This document shows, one piece after another, positions 45,854 through 55,474 of a DNA stretch of 64,000 nucleotides. The number at the start of each line of letters is the position of its first letter. Position 1 is the first letter of the stretch. Source of the DNA: Verrucomicrobiota bacterium (GTDB lineage Bacteria > Verrucomicrobiota > Verrucomicrobiia > Chthoniobacterales > JAFAMB01); assembly GCA_019239825.1 (NCBI GenBank), contig JAFAZK010000341.1, forward strand, positions 31,570 through 95,569. The letters run 5' to 3'. Under the pieces are notes generated by a model. It searched no databases, was not told where the DNA came from, and saw only the letters and a list, made by a program, of their open reading frames with translations. The translations under genes were made by a program, and so were the position numbers.

Positions 45854-47926
45854 ATGCCGAACACACTAAAACCGCGGCAGACGATTGGGTTTCGAACCGC
45901 AATCTTGCAACTCGTTCTCGGCGCCCTTCTTTTCTCGGTAGGGACAATCGGGATTGTTGGTTACGTGAGCTCGGCACGGACCCTCGAGGAAATGCGGCAA
46001 CAGCACTTTAGCTTGGTTAGCCTCGCGCTGTCCCGGGAAGTAAGCCGGATCCTCGAACCGGCAGAACGGATCTTGCCGGAGCTAAAGAATTTTGCCCATC
46101 GCGGACTGCTTAACCCGCTAGACTCCGATAAGTTGGGAATCTTCCTGGCGGAGCAACTTCGACAGGAGGAGAACGTCAGTTGGCTCAGCTTTACGGATTC
46201 AGACACCGGCGCTTTCACCGGTGCGTGGCGAGATACCGACGGACAGATTGGAGTCAAGCATTTCGATCCAAATGTTGATAATGGCCGGCCAAAAGAATTC
46301 CTATTGGGCTTAGATGGTTCGCGCTCACAGCTGCCGCCTCGGAAGGCAAGCTCGTACGATGCGCGGATCCTATCCTGGTATCAACAAGCTATCGCAGGCG
46401 GCGGCTCGATCGTTTGGACTCAGCCTTACAACTTTAACGTGGGGACTACCGGTATCAGCGCTTGCCAGGCGCTCTATGAACAGGGCCGAGCGATCGGCGC
46501 GTTTGCGGCTGACTTTACTACTGGCGATATCAATGAGTTTCTGAGCCGAGTCATCCAAGACCGGAAACTGTTGCTCTTCGTTGACACCTTGTCCGGCGAC
46601 TCACTCGGGGTCGCCTCAGAAATGTCGCTTCCGCGCGATGCCCTGCTGGAGCAATCTCAGAAATTGTATAAGCTCGACCAAGCCAAGCTTGAAACCGGGC
46701 AGTTCAGTTCTCACTCCTTCCATCTTGCCGGGCAAAGTTACGTTTCGGTGGTTACGCCTTTCACCCTACCGAGCGGACTGACTTTCCTCACTGGTGTGGT
46801 AGGGCTTGAAAGTGATTTCATGGGCTCAGCCCAAAACAATCTAGCCATAGCCGCCATCGTCGGTTTAGTCGCGCTTACAGCAGGCACATTGTTTGCCATC
46901 TGGCTTTCGCACGAGCTGGCAACACCACTCACTAAGCTCAGTCGCGACCTCGAACAGGTTGGAAAATTTGAACTGACGAATTTGCCGCCGCCGAAATCGG
47001 CCGTACGCGAAATTGTGATTGTCGGCGACTCGTTTGACCGCATGAAATCGGGGTTGCGTTCCTTTATAAAATATGTTCCCCGGGATGTGGTTAGAGAATT
47101 AATTCTGCAAAAACAAGACGCCACGCGCGGGGGTGCGTTGCGGCGGCTTACTTTGTTTTTTTCCGACGTCGCCGGATTTACCAGGATCAGCGAGAATCTC
47201 GCCCCAACCGAAGTTTTTGCCGAATTAGGCGAGTATTTCGAGCTGGTTACCGATATCGTGGTAGAGAGATTCGGCGGGACGCTGGATAAATTCGTTGGGG
47301 ACGGGATCGTAGCGTTTTTTAATGCTCCTGCCACGATCGAAAAGCATGCGGAAATGGCCTGCCAAGCCGCGCTAGAAGTAGTGCAAAAACTTTCCGATAT
47401 AGAAGCTGAACGGCGAGCTGCGAACCGTCCCATATTTCGGACCCGGATTGGCTTGCATACGGGCGAAGTATTGGTCGGGAACATTGGGACCCAACAACGG
47501 CTGTCGTACTCAGCGATCGGCGACGCGGTCAATCTTTCAAGCCGGCTGGAGGGGCTAAACAAGCTCTATGGCACATCGATTTTGGCGAGCGGCCAAACCA
47601 AAACGGAGACTGGCGATCGGTTCGAGTGGCGCTATGTCGACCGCGTAGCGGTGCTCGGACGAAGCCGAGGCACTGACGTCTTCGAATTGCTAGGAAATCG
47701 AGATACGGTCTCACCGGAGAAACTGGAGCTTCGTGATGTGTATGAGGCCGGCCTCAAAAAATACTTCGATGGGAATTTCCACAGCGCCGCTGGTCACTTC
47801 TCGTCGGTACTGGCGATCCAGCCCGATGACAGAGCGAGCCAGCTACTGCTCGCGCGATGCAATCAGCTAGCCCTCCAGCCTGTCCCCAAGCTCTGGTCGG
47901 GTACTTATGAGATGCTCGAGAAATGA
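45854..47926 (+). CDS. Membrane sensor adenylate/guanylate cyclase (periplasmic Cache-like domain, HAMP, class III cyclase, C-terminal TPR-like)
   Basis: Two TM segments flank a periplasmic domain of about 300 aa. Cyclase core LTLFFSDVAGFTRISE..FVGDGIVAFF..RIGLHTGEVLVGNIG..SAIGDAVNLSSRLE. Confidence 0.88.
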   Translation: MPNTLKPRQTIGFRTAILQLVLGALLFSVGTIGIVGYVSSARTLEEMRQQHFSLVSLALSREVSRILEPAERILPELKNFAHRGLLNPLDSDKLGIFLAEQLRQEENVSWLSFTDSDTGAFTGAWRDTDGQIGVKHFDPNVDNGRPKEFLLGLDGSRSQLPPRKASSYDARILSWYQQAIAGGGSIVWTQPYNFNVGTTGISACQALYEQGRAIGAFAADFTTGDINEFLSRVIQDRKLLLFVDTLSGDSLGVASEMSLPRDALLEQSQKLYKLDQAKLETGQFSSHSFHLAGQSYVSVVTPFTLPSGLTFLTGVVGLESDFMGSAQNNLAIAAIVGLVALTAGTLFAIWLSHELATPLTKLSRDLEQVGKFELTNLPPPKSAVREIVIVGDSFDRMKSGLRSFIKYVPRDVVRELILQKQDATRGGALRRLTLFFSDVAGFTRISENLAPTEVFAELGEYFELVTDIVVERFGGTLDKFVGDGIVAFFNAPATIEKHAEMACQAALEVVQKLSDIEAERRAANRPIFRTRIGLHTGEVLVGNIGTQQRLSYSAIGDAVNLSSRLEGLNKLYGTSILASGQTKTETGDRFEWRYVDRVAVLGRSRGTDVFELLGNRDTVSPEKLELRDVYEAGLKKYFDGNFHSAAGHFSSVLAIQPDDRASQLLLARCNQLALQPVPKLWSGTYEMLEK

Positions 47927-47937
47927 AACCGTTCACA

Positions 47938-48129
47938 GTTTCGTCCTCGTACTCGTCTTTGTTGTCGTCCTCGAGTTCGGGCTGCGGGGCGCGGTTGGCG
48001 ATTACGGATTAGTAACCAGCCCTGAGGGTTGACACGAATGGGACCTATATGGCGGCGAACTGCTGGCCACGAACGCTCGATCGCAAACTACCCTACGACT
48101 CAAAATCGAAGTCGAGTGCGAGGACGAAC
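47938..48129. repeat. Inverted repeat of CGTCCTCG-type words with 146-nt spacer
   Basis: GTTTCGTCCTCGTACTCGTC (47938-47958) versus CGAAGTCGAGTGCGAGGACGAAC (48107-48129), imperfect. Confidence 0.55.
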
Positions 48130-48201
48130 CGCTAACTGCAAATCGCTAACCCTGATTCCGGGCTTGCTAACCGCGATGCTCTCCTCGAAGAATCCTCACC
48201 G

Positions 48202-49428
48202 ATGTCCATTGTCGTCCAAAAGTACGGCGGCAGCAGTGTGGCTGATGCCGGCAGGCTTCGTTTGGTGGCTGAACGCATTATGCGAACAAAGAAGGCGGGA
48301 CACGACGTGGTGGTCGTAGTCTCCGCCATGGGTGACACCACGGACGATCTGCTAGCGCTGGCCAAACAGATCTCGGCCAATCCCGAGCGGCGCGAGCTTG
48401 ATATGTTGCTATCGGCTGGCGAACGGATTTCTATGGCTTTGCTTTCGATGGCAATCCGCGAGTTGGGTGGAGACGCTATCAGTTTCACCGGAAGCCAGTC
48501 CGGCATTATTACCAATGACCGGCATATCGATGCTCGAATCATCGAAGTACGTCCGTTCCGCGTCCAGGATGAGTTAGCCCGAGGAAAGATCGTTGTGGTC
48601 GCCGGTTATCAGGGCGTCTCTTACCGCAAAGAGATTACAACTCTTGGCCGAGGCGGCAGCGATACAACCGCGGTGGCAATGGCGGCGGCCTTGGGAGCAG
48701 AATGGTGCGAGATTTGTTCTGACGTTGACGGAGTCTATACGGCGGATCCGCGCGTGGTTCCGGCATCCACCAGGATCGGCGTTCTCTCCTACGAGGAAAC
48801 CCAAGAGCTTGCCGAATCCGGCGCGAAAGTGCTAAACGCGCAGGCGGTCGAGTTTGCGAAGGAAAAAGGGATTGCGATTTATGCTCGCGCCACGGCCGGC
48901 GCTATTCCAGGTAAAGATCCTTCCCTCGATGGCACCATTGTCCGGAAGCTAGCTCCGAGATTGCCAGGTTCGGTAGTCGGCGTGGCGAGCGAAAAAGAGG
49001 TACTCTTGATCCAATCCCGAAAGGTTAGCGGTCTGCTGAGAATAATGGACGACTTTGGATGTCCTGGTAAGCAGCTTCACGTCTCCTCGACGGGCAGGGA
49101 GCAGGATGGTCTTACCTTGGTGATCTCGAAAGAGAATCTGCATCAGGGCTCGAAGCTGCAAGCGCAGTTAACCCAACACGACCCGGATGCCCTCTGGAAT
49201 GACGCTATTGGGGCCATCAGTATCGTCGGAGCCGGGATCAACGCTTCCCATGACAAGGTGCGCGCCGGCTCGCAGGCCCTGGAGCAAGCCGGCATTCGGT
49301 ACCACGGACTAGCGACGTCGTCCTTCCGGGTCACCTGGCTAGTTGACCGGGAAAAAGTCGAAGAGGCGGTCCGGTTGCTTCACGGCTTGTTCATCGAAGC
49401 GAAAGAGCCGGTTGTGCCGTTAGAGTAA
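48202..49428 (+). CDS. lysC: Aspartate kinase
   Basis: [42 protein letters not shown]-terminal ACT domains. Confidence 0.93.
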   Translation: MSIVVQKYGGSSVADAGRLRLVAERIMRTKKAGHDVVVVVSAMGDTTDDLLALAKQISANPERRELDMLLSAGERISMALLSMAIRELGGDAISFTGSQSGIITNDRHIDARIIEVRPFRVQDELARGKIVVVAGYQGVSYRKEITTLGRGGSDTTAVAMAAALGAEWCEICSDVDGVYTADPRVVPASTRIGVLSYEETQELAESGAKVLNAQAVEFAKEKGIAIYARATAGAIPGKDPSLDGTIVRKLAPRLPGSVVGVASEKEVLLIQSRKVSGLLRIMDDFGCPGKQLHVSSTGREQDGLTLVISKENLHQGSKLQAQLTQHDPDALWNDAIGAISIVGAGINASHDKVRAGSQALEQAGIRYHGLATSSFRVTWLVDREKVEEAVRLLHGLFIEAKEPVVPLE

Positions 49429-49535
49429 GAAAACGGTAGGGACGAACTCCTGTTCCCTCGAAGAATGCGACGGACAACCTACTTCAGGAATTAACTCCGG
49501 CTGAGCGGGCTCAACCCTAGCGAAGAAAAGAAAAA

Positions 49536-49584
49536 GCTGGCTCGATCAGAGGGGGAACGGGTTCTGGGGGCCAATCGAGCCAGC
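49536..49584. terminator. 11-bp perfect stem with 27-nt loop at a convergent junction
   Basis: GCTGGCTCGAT (49536-49546) pairs with ATCGAGCCAGC (49574-49584). Confidence 0.4.
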
Positions 49585-49636
49585 AGGTAAACGCTATGAA
49601 AAATTGATTCCTATTCAACAAGTTTTTTAGGGAATT

Positions 49637-50560
49637 TTACGGCGCCGCCAACCAAATCTCTACGACCCGGTTTTTGTCAGGGGTTCCGTGGCCGAAAAAC
49701 TCTGAGCCTCCCATACCAACGGCCCGAATGGTGTTTGCGATTTTGGCCTGGGTCTCCAAAATCTTAGCAACAACCTGAGCACGTTGCTTGGAGATTTCCA
49801 GGTTCTGCCCTTCGTTTCCCTGCTTATCCGCGTAGCCGGCCACCACAAAAACAACCGTCGGATCTTCGTAAAGCTTCTGATACTCGGGCTTCTGCAAGTA
49901 GCTTAGGAGATGGTCAATCTGGAACTGTTCCGGGCGCGTCTTGCCGGATGGAAACGGGATAACCGCGAGTTTCGTAAACCCCCGGGCCCGATCAACTTGG
50001 GCGTAGAGATAGTCGCGCTCCTTTTGGGAAATCTCCTTCAGCAAGTCGATCCGGGCCAATACTTCCTTTCGGACCTCTGCCTCCTCAGCGGCATTGTTTT
50101 GCACAGTGGGAAAAGCTTGAGGGCTAGCTGAACCTTGCGCCTCAGCATTTGACGACGCGCTGGGTGACGCCTCGGGCGTTTCAGATGGCTGAACCGGGGT
50201 GGCCGCCGGGGTCGCTGTCTCAGTCGCTGTCGCCTCAGGAGTAGCTGCCGGCGTCTCGGGTGTCGCCACGGGGGTCGGAGTCGCTGTCGGGACTGGTGTC
50301 GGCGTGGGGGTCGGGGTCGGAATCGGGGTCGCCGCCGGTGTCTCCAGTGGCGTCGGAGATGGAGTGCTAACAGGAGTAGTTTGCTCTTGGGTCAGATACG
50401 GACTTGCAGACGCGCTCGTCTTCTGAAGTCCTCTGCCGATCAGCTGAACGTAGGCGAAAATTCCACCCGCTAAAAAGAAAATAACTGCAGCAAGAGCAAA
50501 CAGGGCCGGTGGTGACAGCGCAATCTTCGGTTCAGTGTCCTTACGATTTGGGTCCGGCAT
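49637..50560 (-). CDS. OmpA/MotB-domain protein with N-terminal TM and Pro/Thr-rich linker
   Basis: TM ALFALAAVIFFLAGGIFAYV, then a (TPxP)n linker. The C-terminus VVAGYADKQGNEGQNLEISKQRAQVV..NRVVEIW is an OmpA-like peptidoglycan-binding pattern. Confidence 0.8.
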   Translation of the reverse strand: MPDPNRKDTEPKIALSPPALFALAAVIFFLAGGIFAYVQLIGRGLQKTSASASPYLTQEQTTPVSTPSPTPLETPAATPIPTPTPTPTPVPTATPTPVATPETPAATPEATATETATPAATPVQPSETPEASPSASSNAEAQGSASPQAFPTVQNNAAEEAEVRKEVLARIDLLKEISQKERDYLYAQVDRARGFTKLAVIPFPSGKTRPEQFQIDHLLSYLQKPEYQKLYEDPTVVFVVAGYADKQGNEGQNLEISKQRAQVVAKILETQAKIANTIRAVGMGGSEFFGHGTPDKNRVVEIWLAAP

Positions 50561-50657
50561 AAGTTAGAGCATCCATGTGACGGCGGGAACGACGAGCATA
50601 TCTAAATAGATACGTCCCGAGTGAGCAACGGGGAAAATTGCTCCCGTCCGATGAGAC

Positions 50658-50770
50658 GGTTCCAAGTTCTAAGTTGGATGCCGCGAGTACCCCGCAAACA
50701 TATCGACAGTGAGGCGCGAACCCAAGCCGCAAAGGCGCAACTTAAAACCGAAAACTTAGAACCTTGAACC
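50658..50770. repeat. Word palindrome (AAGTTCTAAGTT words) between the OmpA paralogues
   Basis: GGTTCCAAGTTCTAAGTT (50658-50675) versus AACTTAGAACCTTGAACC (50753-50770). Confidence 0.75.
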
Positions 50771-50777
50771 TAAAACG

Positions 50778-51623
50778 TCAGGGCTGGACCGCCCAAACTT
50801 CGACGACCCGGTTCTTTTCCCGGTTTTCTTTGTCGAAGAGCTCCTGACCTCCCATCCCCACCGAATGCATGAGATTCGACAGCTTCAATCGAGTCGAAAC
50901 CATTTTCTGCACAGATTCCGCGCGAGTCCGCGAGATCTCGAGGTTGGAGTCTTCGCTACCTTGAGTATCAGCGTATCCGACGAAGATCAGGACAACGGTT
51001 GGATCACTGAGCAGTTTTTGAGTGTCGGCATCTTGCAGACGCTTCACCAGATCATCGATCTGAGCTGAACCGGCCGCGGTGCGGCCACTTTGGAATGGGA
51101 TAAGCGCGATCTTAGTAAAACCATGAGCCCGTACTATCTGAGCGTAGAGCTGATCTTTCTCTTTCTGAGAGATGTTGTGCATCAGATCCACTCGAGTCAG
51201 CACTTGCTGGCGAGTATCCGCCTCTTCCTTCGAATCCGAGGTTTCGCTGGGCGAGTTTTCTGAAGCAGCAGTGGCGCTCGACTGAGCAACCGGCGATTCG
51301 GACTTTTTGGGTGTCTCTGCTAACGCAGTGGCGGTGGGGCCAACTTTCGCGGTAACCGACGGTGAAACACTCGCGGCCACAGGCGAGGCCTCTCCGCTGT
51401 GGTGTTTTGCCACTACGGCTTCTAATACGATAAAGCCCGCGATCCCAAACGCGATCAGGGCAAACAAAATCGCCAGCCCGACAATTACCCATACGCCCGA
51501 TGGCGTCTTCTTCTTCGGTTGAACTAACTTTTGAAAGCCATCACCGATGGACTGCTCGGCGGGATCAATGGGCTCTTTCGGCATTCTCTGGGCAAGTTTA
51601 GCCTTTCTCCCCGACAAATGCAC
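50778..51623 (-). CDS. OmpA/MotB-domain protein, paralogue of 49637-50560
   Basis: Same architecture as the neighbouring paralogue. IFVGYADTQGSEDSNLEISRTRAESV..NRVVEVW. Confidence 0.8.
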   Translation of the reverse strand: MHLSGRKAKLAQRMPKEPIDPAEQSIGDGFQKLVQPKKKTPSGVWVIVGLAILFALIAFGIAGFIVLEAVVAKHHSGEASPVAASVSPSVTAKVGPTATALAETPKKSESPVAQSSATAASENSPSETSDSKEEADTRQQVLTRVDLMHNISQKEKDQLYAQIVRAHGFTKIALIPFQSGRTAAGSAQIDDLVKRLQDADTQKLLSDPTVVLIFVGYADTQGSEDSNLEISRTRAESVQKMVSTRLKLSNLMHSVGMGGQELFDKENREKNRVVEVWAVQP

Positions 51624-51706
51624 CAGGCATTTGTCTGCGACTCAGGCTATTGCGAACGCCTATTGCATTTGCGGGAGGCGCAGGCTGTGTCATTTTCACC
51701 TCTCTT

Positions 51707-53071
51707 ATGAGCCAAAAGAAGGCCGCTTCAGATCGAATGGAAAAGATAGTGAGCTTGTGCAAGCGGCGAGGCTTTGTTTTTCAATCGAGCGAAATTTACG
51801 GTGGATTAAACGGTTGCTGGGATTACGGCCCGCTCGGGGTCGAGCTGAGAAGAAATCTCAAGGACTTTTGGTGGCGCCGGATGGTCAGGGAAAGAGACGA
51901 TGTCGTTGGCCTCGATGGGTCGATCCTAATGAATCGCCAAGTGTGGGTTGCCAGCGGCCATGAAACTACGTTCAGCGACCCGATGGTGGACTGCCGCAAC
52001 TGCAAGTCTCGGCTGAGGGCAGATCAATTGCCGGAGAAGAACGGTCAAAAGCAGTGTCCCGTTTGCGGCAGCCTCGATCTGACTGAACCCAGGGCGTTTA
52101 ACCTGATGTTTAAGACTTTCGTGGGCGCCACCGAGGATGATTCTGCTGTCACTTACCTCCGACCCGAAACGGCGCAGTCGATCTTCGTACAATTTCGAAA
52201 TGTACTCGAAGTGTCACGCAAGAAACTGCCGTTCGGTATCGCTCAGATTGGGAAGGCGTTTCGGAACGAAATCAACCCACGCAATTTCATCTTCAGATCG
52301 CGCGAGTTTGAGCAAATGGAACTCGAGTATTTTTGCTTTCCAAATCAAGGACTCGAGTTGCTGGAGTACTGGTTGAAGGAGCGTCTCCGGTTCTATGCAG
52401 ATATCGGCTTATCCAAGGACAAATTACACGTTCATGAGATTCCACCAGACGAGAGATCGCATTATTCAAAAGGCACTTATGATATCGAATTCGAATTTCC
52501 CTTCGGTGTGCAGGAACTCGAAGGTGTCGCTTATCGAACTGACTACGACTTAACGCAACACCAAAAGACGAGCGGTAAGCCATTAGAGTATTTCGACGAA
52601 GAGACCAAAACCCACTTCATTCCGCATGTGGTAGAGCCGAGCGCCGGTGTCGATCGCACTCTGTTGGCGTTGCTTTGTGCAGCCTATGACGAGGAGACCG
52701 TAACCGACGAAAAAGGCAAATCTGAGACTCGGACTGTCCTCCGGCTGCATCCTCGCATGGCGCCGATTAAGTGCGGTGTATTTCCGTTGCTGAAGAACAA
52801 TGAAGAGCTGGTGAAGAAGGCCAAAGAGATTGTAGCGATGTTGCGCGGCGGAATGTCGGTCTTCTACGATGAGACTGGTGCAATCGGCCGCCGTTATCGC
52901 AGGCAAGATGAGGCCGGCACACCCTTTGGGATCACCGTTGATTTCGACACGATTGGAGAAAACGGTCCCGCAAACCGGGACACCGTCACCGTCCGCTATC
53001 GCGACTCGATGGAGCAAAGGCGAATGGCAATCGCCGAGATACCGGCGTTTTTGCGCGAGCAGATCACCTAA
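51707..53071 (+). CDS. glyQS: Glycine--tRNA ligase (alpha2 type)
   Basis: ..MEKIVSLCKRRGFVFQSSEIYGGLNGCWDYGPLG.., class II motifs, CxxC..CPVC insertion. The start could be 51707 or the internal MEKIV. Confidence 0.93.
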   Translation: MSQKKAASDRMEKIVSLCKRRGFVFQSSEIYGGLNGCWDYGPLGVELRRNLKDFWWRRMVRERDDVVGLDGSILMNRQVWVASGHETTFSDPMVDCRNCKSRLRADQLPEKNGQKQCPVCGSLDLTEPRAFNLMFKTFVGATEDDSAVTYLRPETAQSIFVQFRNVLEVSRKKLPFGIAQIGKAFRNEINPRNFIFRSREFEQMELEYFCFPNQGLELLEYWLKERLRFYADIGLSKDKLHVHEIPPDERSHYSKGTYDIEFEFPFGVQELEGVAYRTDYDLTQHQKTSGKPLEYFDEETKTHFIPHVVEPSAGVDRTLLALLCAAYDEETVTDEKGKSETRTVLRLHPRMAPIKCGVFPLLKNNEELVKKAKEIVAMLRGGMSVFYDETGAIGRRYRRQDEAGTPFGITVDFDTIGENGPANRDTVTVRYRDSMEQRRMAIAEIPAFLREQIT

Positions 53072-53076
53072 AGGAA

Positions 53077-53171
53077 AGTAATCAGTGATCAGTAAACAGT
53101 AAGTCAATAATCGTTTCACTTCGCCCGGCACCGGCCTGCAAGGCACTGATTACTGTCATACTGATTACTGG
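53077..53171. repeat. Word-array palindrome (GTAATCAGT words), imperfect
   Basis: Left array 53077-53103, right array 53144-53171 (CACTGATTACTGTCATACTGATTACTGG). Confidence 0.7.
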
Positions 53172-53233
53172 TTCGCAGTCACAATCACCCCACTAGCGTC
53201 TCGTCAGCGAAATGGTACCTTCAGCGAGCGGCT

Positions 53234-54247
53234 ATGTCGTATTCTTTGGATGATAACGTAGCGGACAGCTCGGTTTCGCTAATGCGCTGGGTATTGCCGG
53301 CAGCGGCGCTCTCGCTGGTCTTGCACGGCGCCCTTTTCTTCGGTTTTAGCAGAAAGATTCTGCACAGTTTCGAAACGCCAAATACTCCTCGGCTGGTGCC
53401 AAGGGCCTTCAGTGTTAATCGAGTGCAAGTCGATGAGAAATTGCTGGAGCCGCAGGGTCAGCAGAGTAAATCGCTCACAAACGACGGCGCGGCTGCGGGA
53501 AACGCAAAAGGGGTTACGCAATTTGACGGATCTTTCGAGCAGGACATGAAAGAGATCCGGGTGGCGCCTCAAGTCAGCACGCCCCAAGCTCCGGACTTCA
53601 AGGAAAAACCGACCGTCGATACGCAAGCGGCCCGGAATGCCGCCACGAAAGCCGAAGCCGAGAGCGCCCTGGTCATGGACAAGGAGCTCAGCGATAGTAG
53701 GCAAAAGCTTATTAATGAAAAGCCGGGTGTTACCGGTCCAAGGCCTAAGATAGCGAGTGGCAACAAGAAAAACCTTGGGAGAGCTGCCAACGATGAATCG
53801 GGTGACGGCAATGTCTCGGGCGAGTCAGGTATTCCATCAGGGTTCAGCAACCTGGATGAGCTTTTGTCGGGATCCGGCCGGGTCGGCAACGGGACCGCTC
53901 CAATCTTGATGCCGACGGACCTGCTCTTCGACTATGACTCGGCCAATCTTCGCGAAGGCGCCACGGCTAGCCTGCAAAAACTCGGCCGACTAATTCAAAG
54001 GAACCCACAGGCGGTATTCAAAGTGGAAGGGCATACCGATTCCTTCGGCAGCGACGAATACAACATGGAATTGAGCGAACGACGCGCTGAGACGGTAAAG
54101 GATTGGCTGGTGCAGAACATGGGCATAGACGCTAGCCGGATTCAAACCCAAGGATACGGGAAGAGTCGGCTGTTAGTTCCAGGGGATCGCTCTGTCGAAG
54201 AACAGCAACTTAACCGCCGAGTCGAAATCGTTATCCGTAAGGGATAA
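53234..54247 (+). CDS. OmpA family protein (N-terminal TM, disordered linker, C-terminal OmpA domain)
   Basis: LLFDYDSANL..FKVEGHTDSFGSDEYNMELSERRAETV..NRRVEIVI. Confidence 0.88.
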   Translation: MSYSLDDNVADSSVSLMRWVLPAAALSLVLHGALFFGFSRKILHSFETPNTPRLVPRAFSVNRVQVDEKLLEPQGQQSKSLTNDGAAAGNAKGVTQFDGSFEQDMKEIRVAPQVSTPQAPDFKEKPTVDTQAARNAATKAEAESALVMDKELSDSRQKLINEKPGVTGPRPKIASGNKKNLGRAANDESGDGNVSGESGIPSGFSNLDELLSGSGRVGNGTAPILMPTDLLFDYDSANLREGATASLQKLGRLIQRNPQAVFKVEGHTDSFGSDEYNMELSERRAETVKDWLVQNMGIDASRIQTQGYGKSRLLVPGDRSVEEQQLNRRVEIVIRKG

Positions 54248-54253
54248 ATTCGG

Positions 54254-54460
54254 AAAATCTCACGCAAGGACGCAAAGGCGCAAAGGTTCGGACCGCTGAA
54301 AAAGTTCCTGCGTCTACGCGGAACGTCTTAGTCATTGAACCAGACCCGGCGTCGACGGTCTGCTGAGCTCACGAAACGGTACACTCCTTATATCTGTCGT
54401 AATCACCGATCACCTCTCTCCTCTGAACCTTTCCGCCTTTGCGGCTTTGCGTGACATTTT
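54254..54460. repeat. Word-array palindrome (CGCAAAGG words), 134-nt spacer
   Basis: 54254-54290 matches the reverse complement of 54425-54460 at 32 of 36 positions. The right arm covers the TTG at 54447, which argues against that start. Confidence 0.88.
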
Positions 54461-54530
54461 GTCTTTAATCCCCCGGTTTGGCCACCAACGCCGCTGTTTG
54501 ATTTTCGGCAGCCCGACTTCATATTCTCTG

Positions 54531-54899
54531 GTGAATCCGGGAGTCGAGGTTAGGTACAAAATAGGAAATGAGCGCCTGGTTAAGGTCACCCAAAAGGCGG
54601 CCGCCAAGTTAGCCCAGCTTCTGGAACGTCAGGGTCGACCTACGGGAGCGCTCAGGGTAGCGGTGATCGGAGGGGGCTGTTCAGGGTTGCAATATAAAAT
54701 GGACCTGGTCGACGGCCCAGTGAATCGTGACATTCTAGTGGAATCAAATCAGGTTCGAGTGGTCGTTGACCCAAAGAGCGCGTTGTTTGTCAGCGGTTCG
54801 CTTGTCGATTTCAGCGATGACCTACAGAAGGGAGGGTTCAAAGTGACCAATCCTAACGCTGTGGCTCATTGCTCTTGCGGCGAGAGTTTCTCGGCATGA
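54531..54899 (+). CDS. iscA: Iron-sulfur cluster insertion protein (IscA/ErpA/HesB family)
   Basis: ..LRVAVIGGGCSGLQYKM.. and C-terminal CSCGESF. The start is uncertain; GTG 54531 was chosen to give about 122 aa. Confidence 0.8.
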   Translation: MNPGVEVRYKIGNERLVKVTQKAAAKLAQLLERQGRPTGALRVAVIGGGCSGLQYKMDLVDGPVNRDILVESNQVRVVVDPKSALFVSGSLVDFSDDLQKGGFKVTNPNAVAHCSCGESFSA

Positions 54900-55462
54900 T
54901 CGATTTCTTTGCGGTGTTCGGTCTAGAACCGCGGCCGGTGCTTGATGTAGGTGTTCTGGGCGATCTATTTGCGAATAAAAGCAAAACCAGCCACCCAGAT
55001 CGCGCGGCCGATGGCGATTTTGCGACCTTGAACGAGGCGTTCAATACGCTGCGTGACCCGGCGTCGAGGATCTTGCATCTGTTAGCGCTCTCTGGTCAGG
55101 AGCCTCCGCCGAAAGCAGCCAGTGCCGGAGTCAGCACTTGGTTTGGGAAAATGGCGACGGGGTTGCAGCAATTTGATCGTATGTTTCAACCGCTCACCCA
55201 AGAAACCAGTTCACTGCTGCGGGCCATTAAGATCCGGGAAGTCCAATCTACTTTGGCAGATTTAGAGGAAATATCCGAAGGGCTTACCCGGGAAAAAGCA
55301 GGACTGCTTCAGGCGATGGGCGAGATCGACGCGAGGTGGCCGAGCGATCGCCCGGCGGACCGTGATTCATTGGCACAGATTGCGTGCGATTTACGATTTC
55401 TTGAAAAATGGCTTGCGCAAATTAGCGAAAGGCGACTTCGGTTAGCCAGCGTCGCCCCCTAA
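54896..55462 (+). CDS. hscB: Fe-S co-chaperone HscB-like J-domain protein
   Basis: ATGA overlap with iscA. MIDFFAVFGLEPRP..SHPDR (HPD motif). Lies immediately upstream of hscA. Confidence 0.72.
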   Translation: MIDFFAVFGLEPRPVLDVGVLGDLFANKSKTSHPDRAADGDFATLNEAFNTLRDPASRILHLLALSGQEPPPKAASAGVSTWFGKMATGLQQFDRMFQPLTQETSSLLRAIKIREVQSTLADLEEISEGLTREKAGLLQAMGEIDARWPSDRPADRDSLAQIACDLRFLEKWLAQISERRLRLASVAP

Positions 55463-55474
55463 AAGCGCAGTCTT

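Noticed and set aside
48029-48052. TTGACA followed by CTATAT as a sigma-70 promoter for lysC
   Set aside because: The spacer between the hexamers is only about 10 nt, far from the 16-18 nt optimum. The TATA-like sequence is part of the GGGACCTAT word.
47927-48201. Lysine riboswitch or leader upstream of lysC
   Set aside because: I could not recognise L-box conserved segments or a Lys/Thr-rich leader peptide. The region is occupied by word repeats. An Rfam scan would be needed to be sure.
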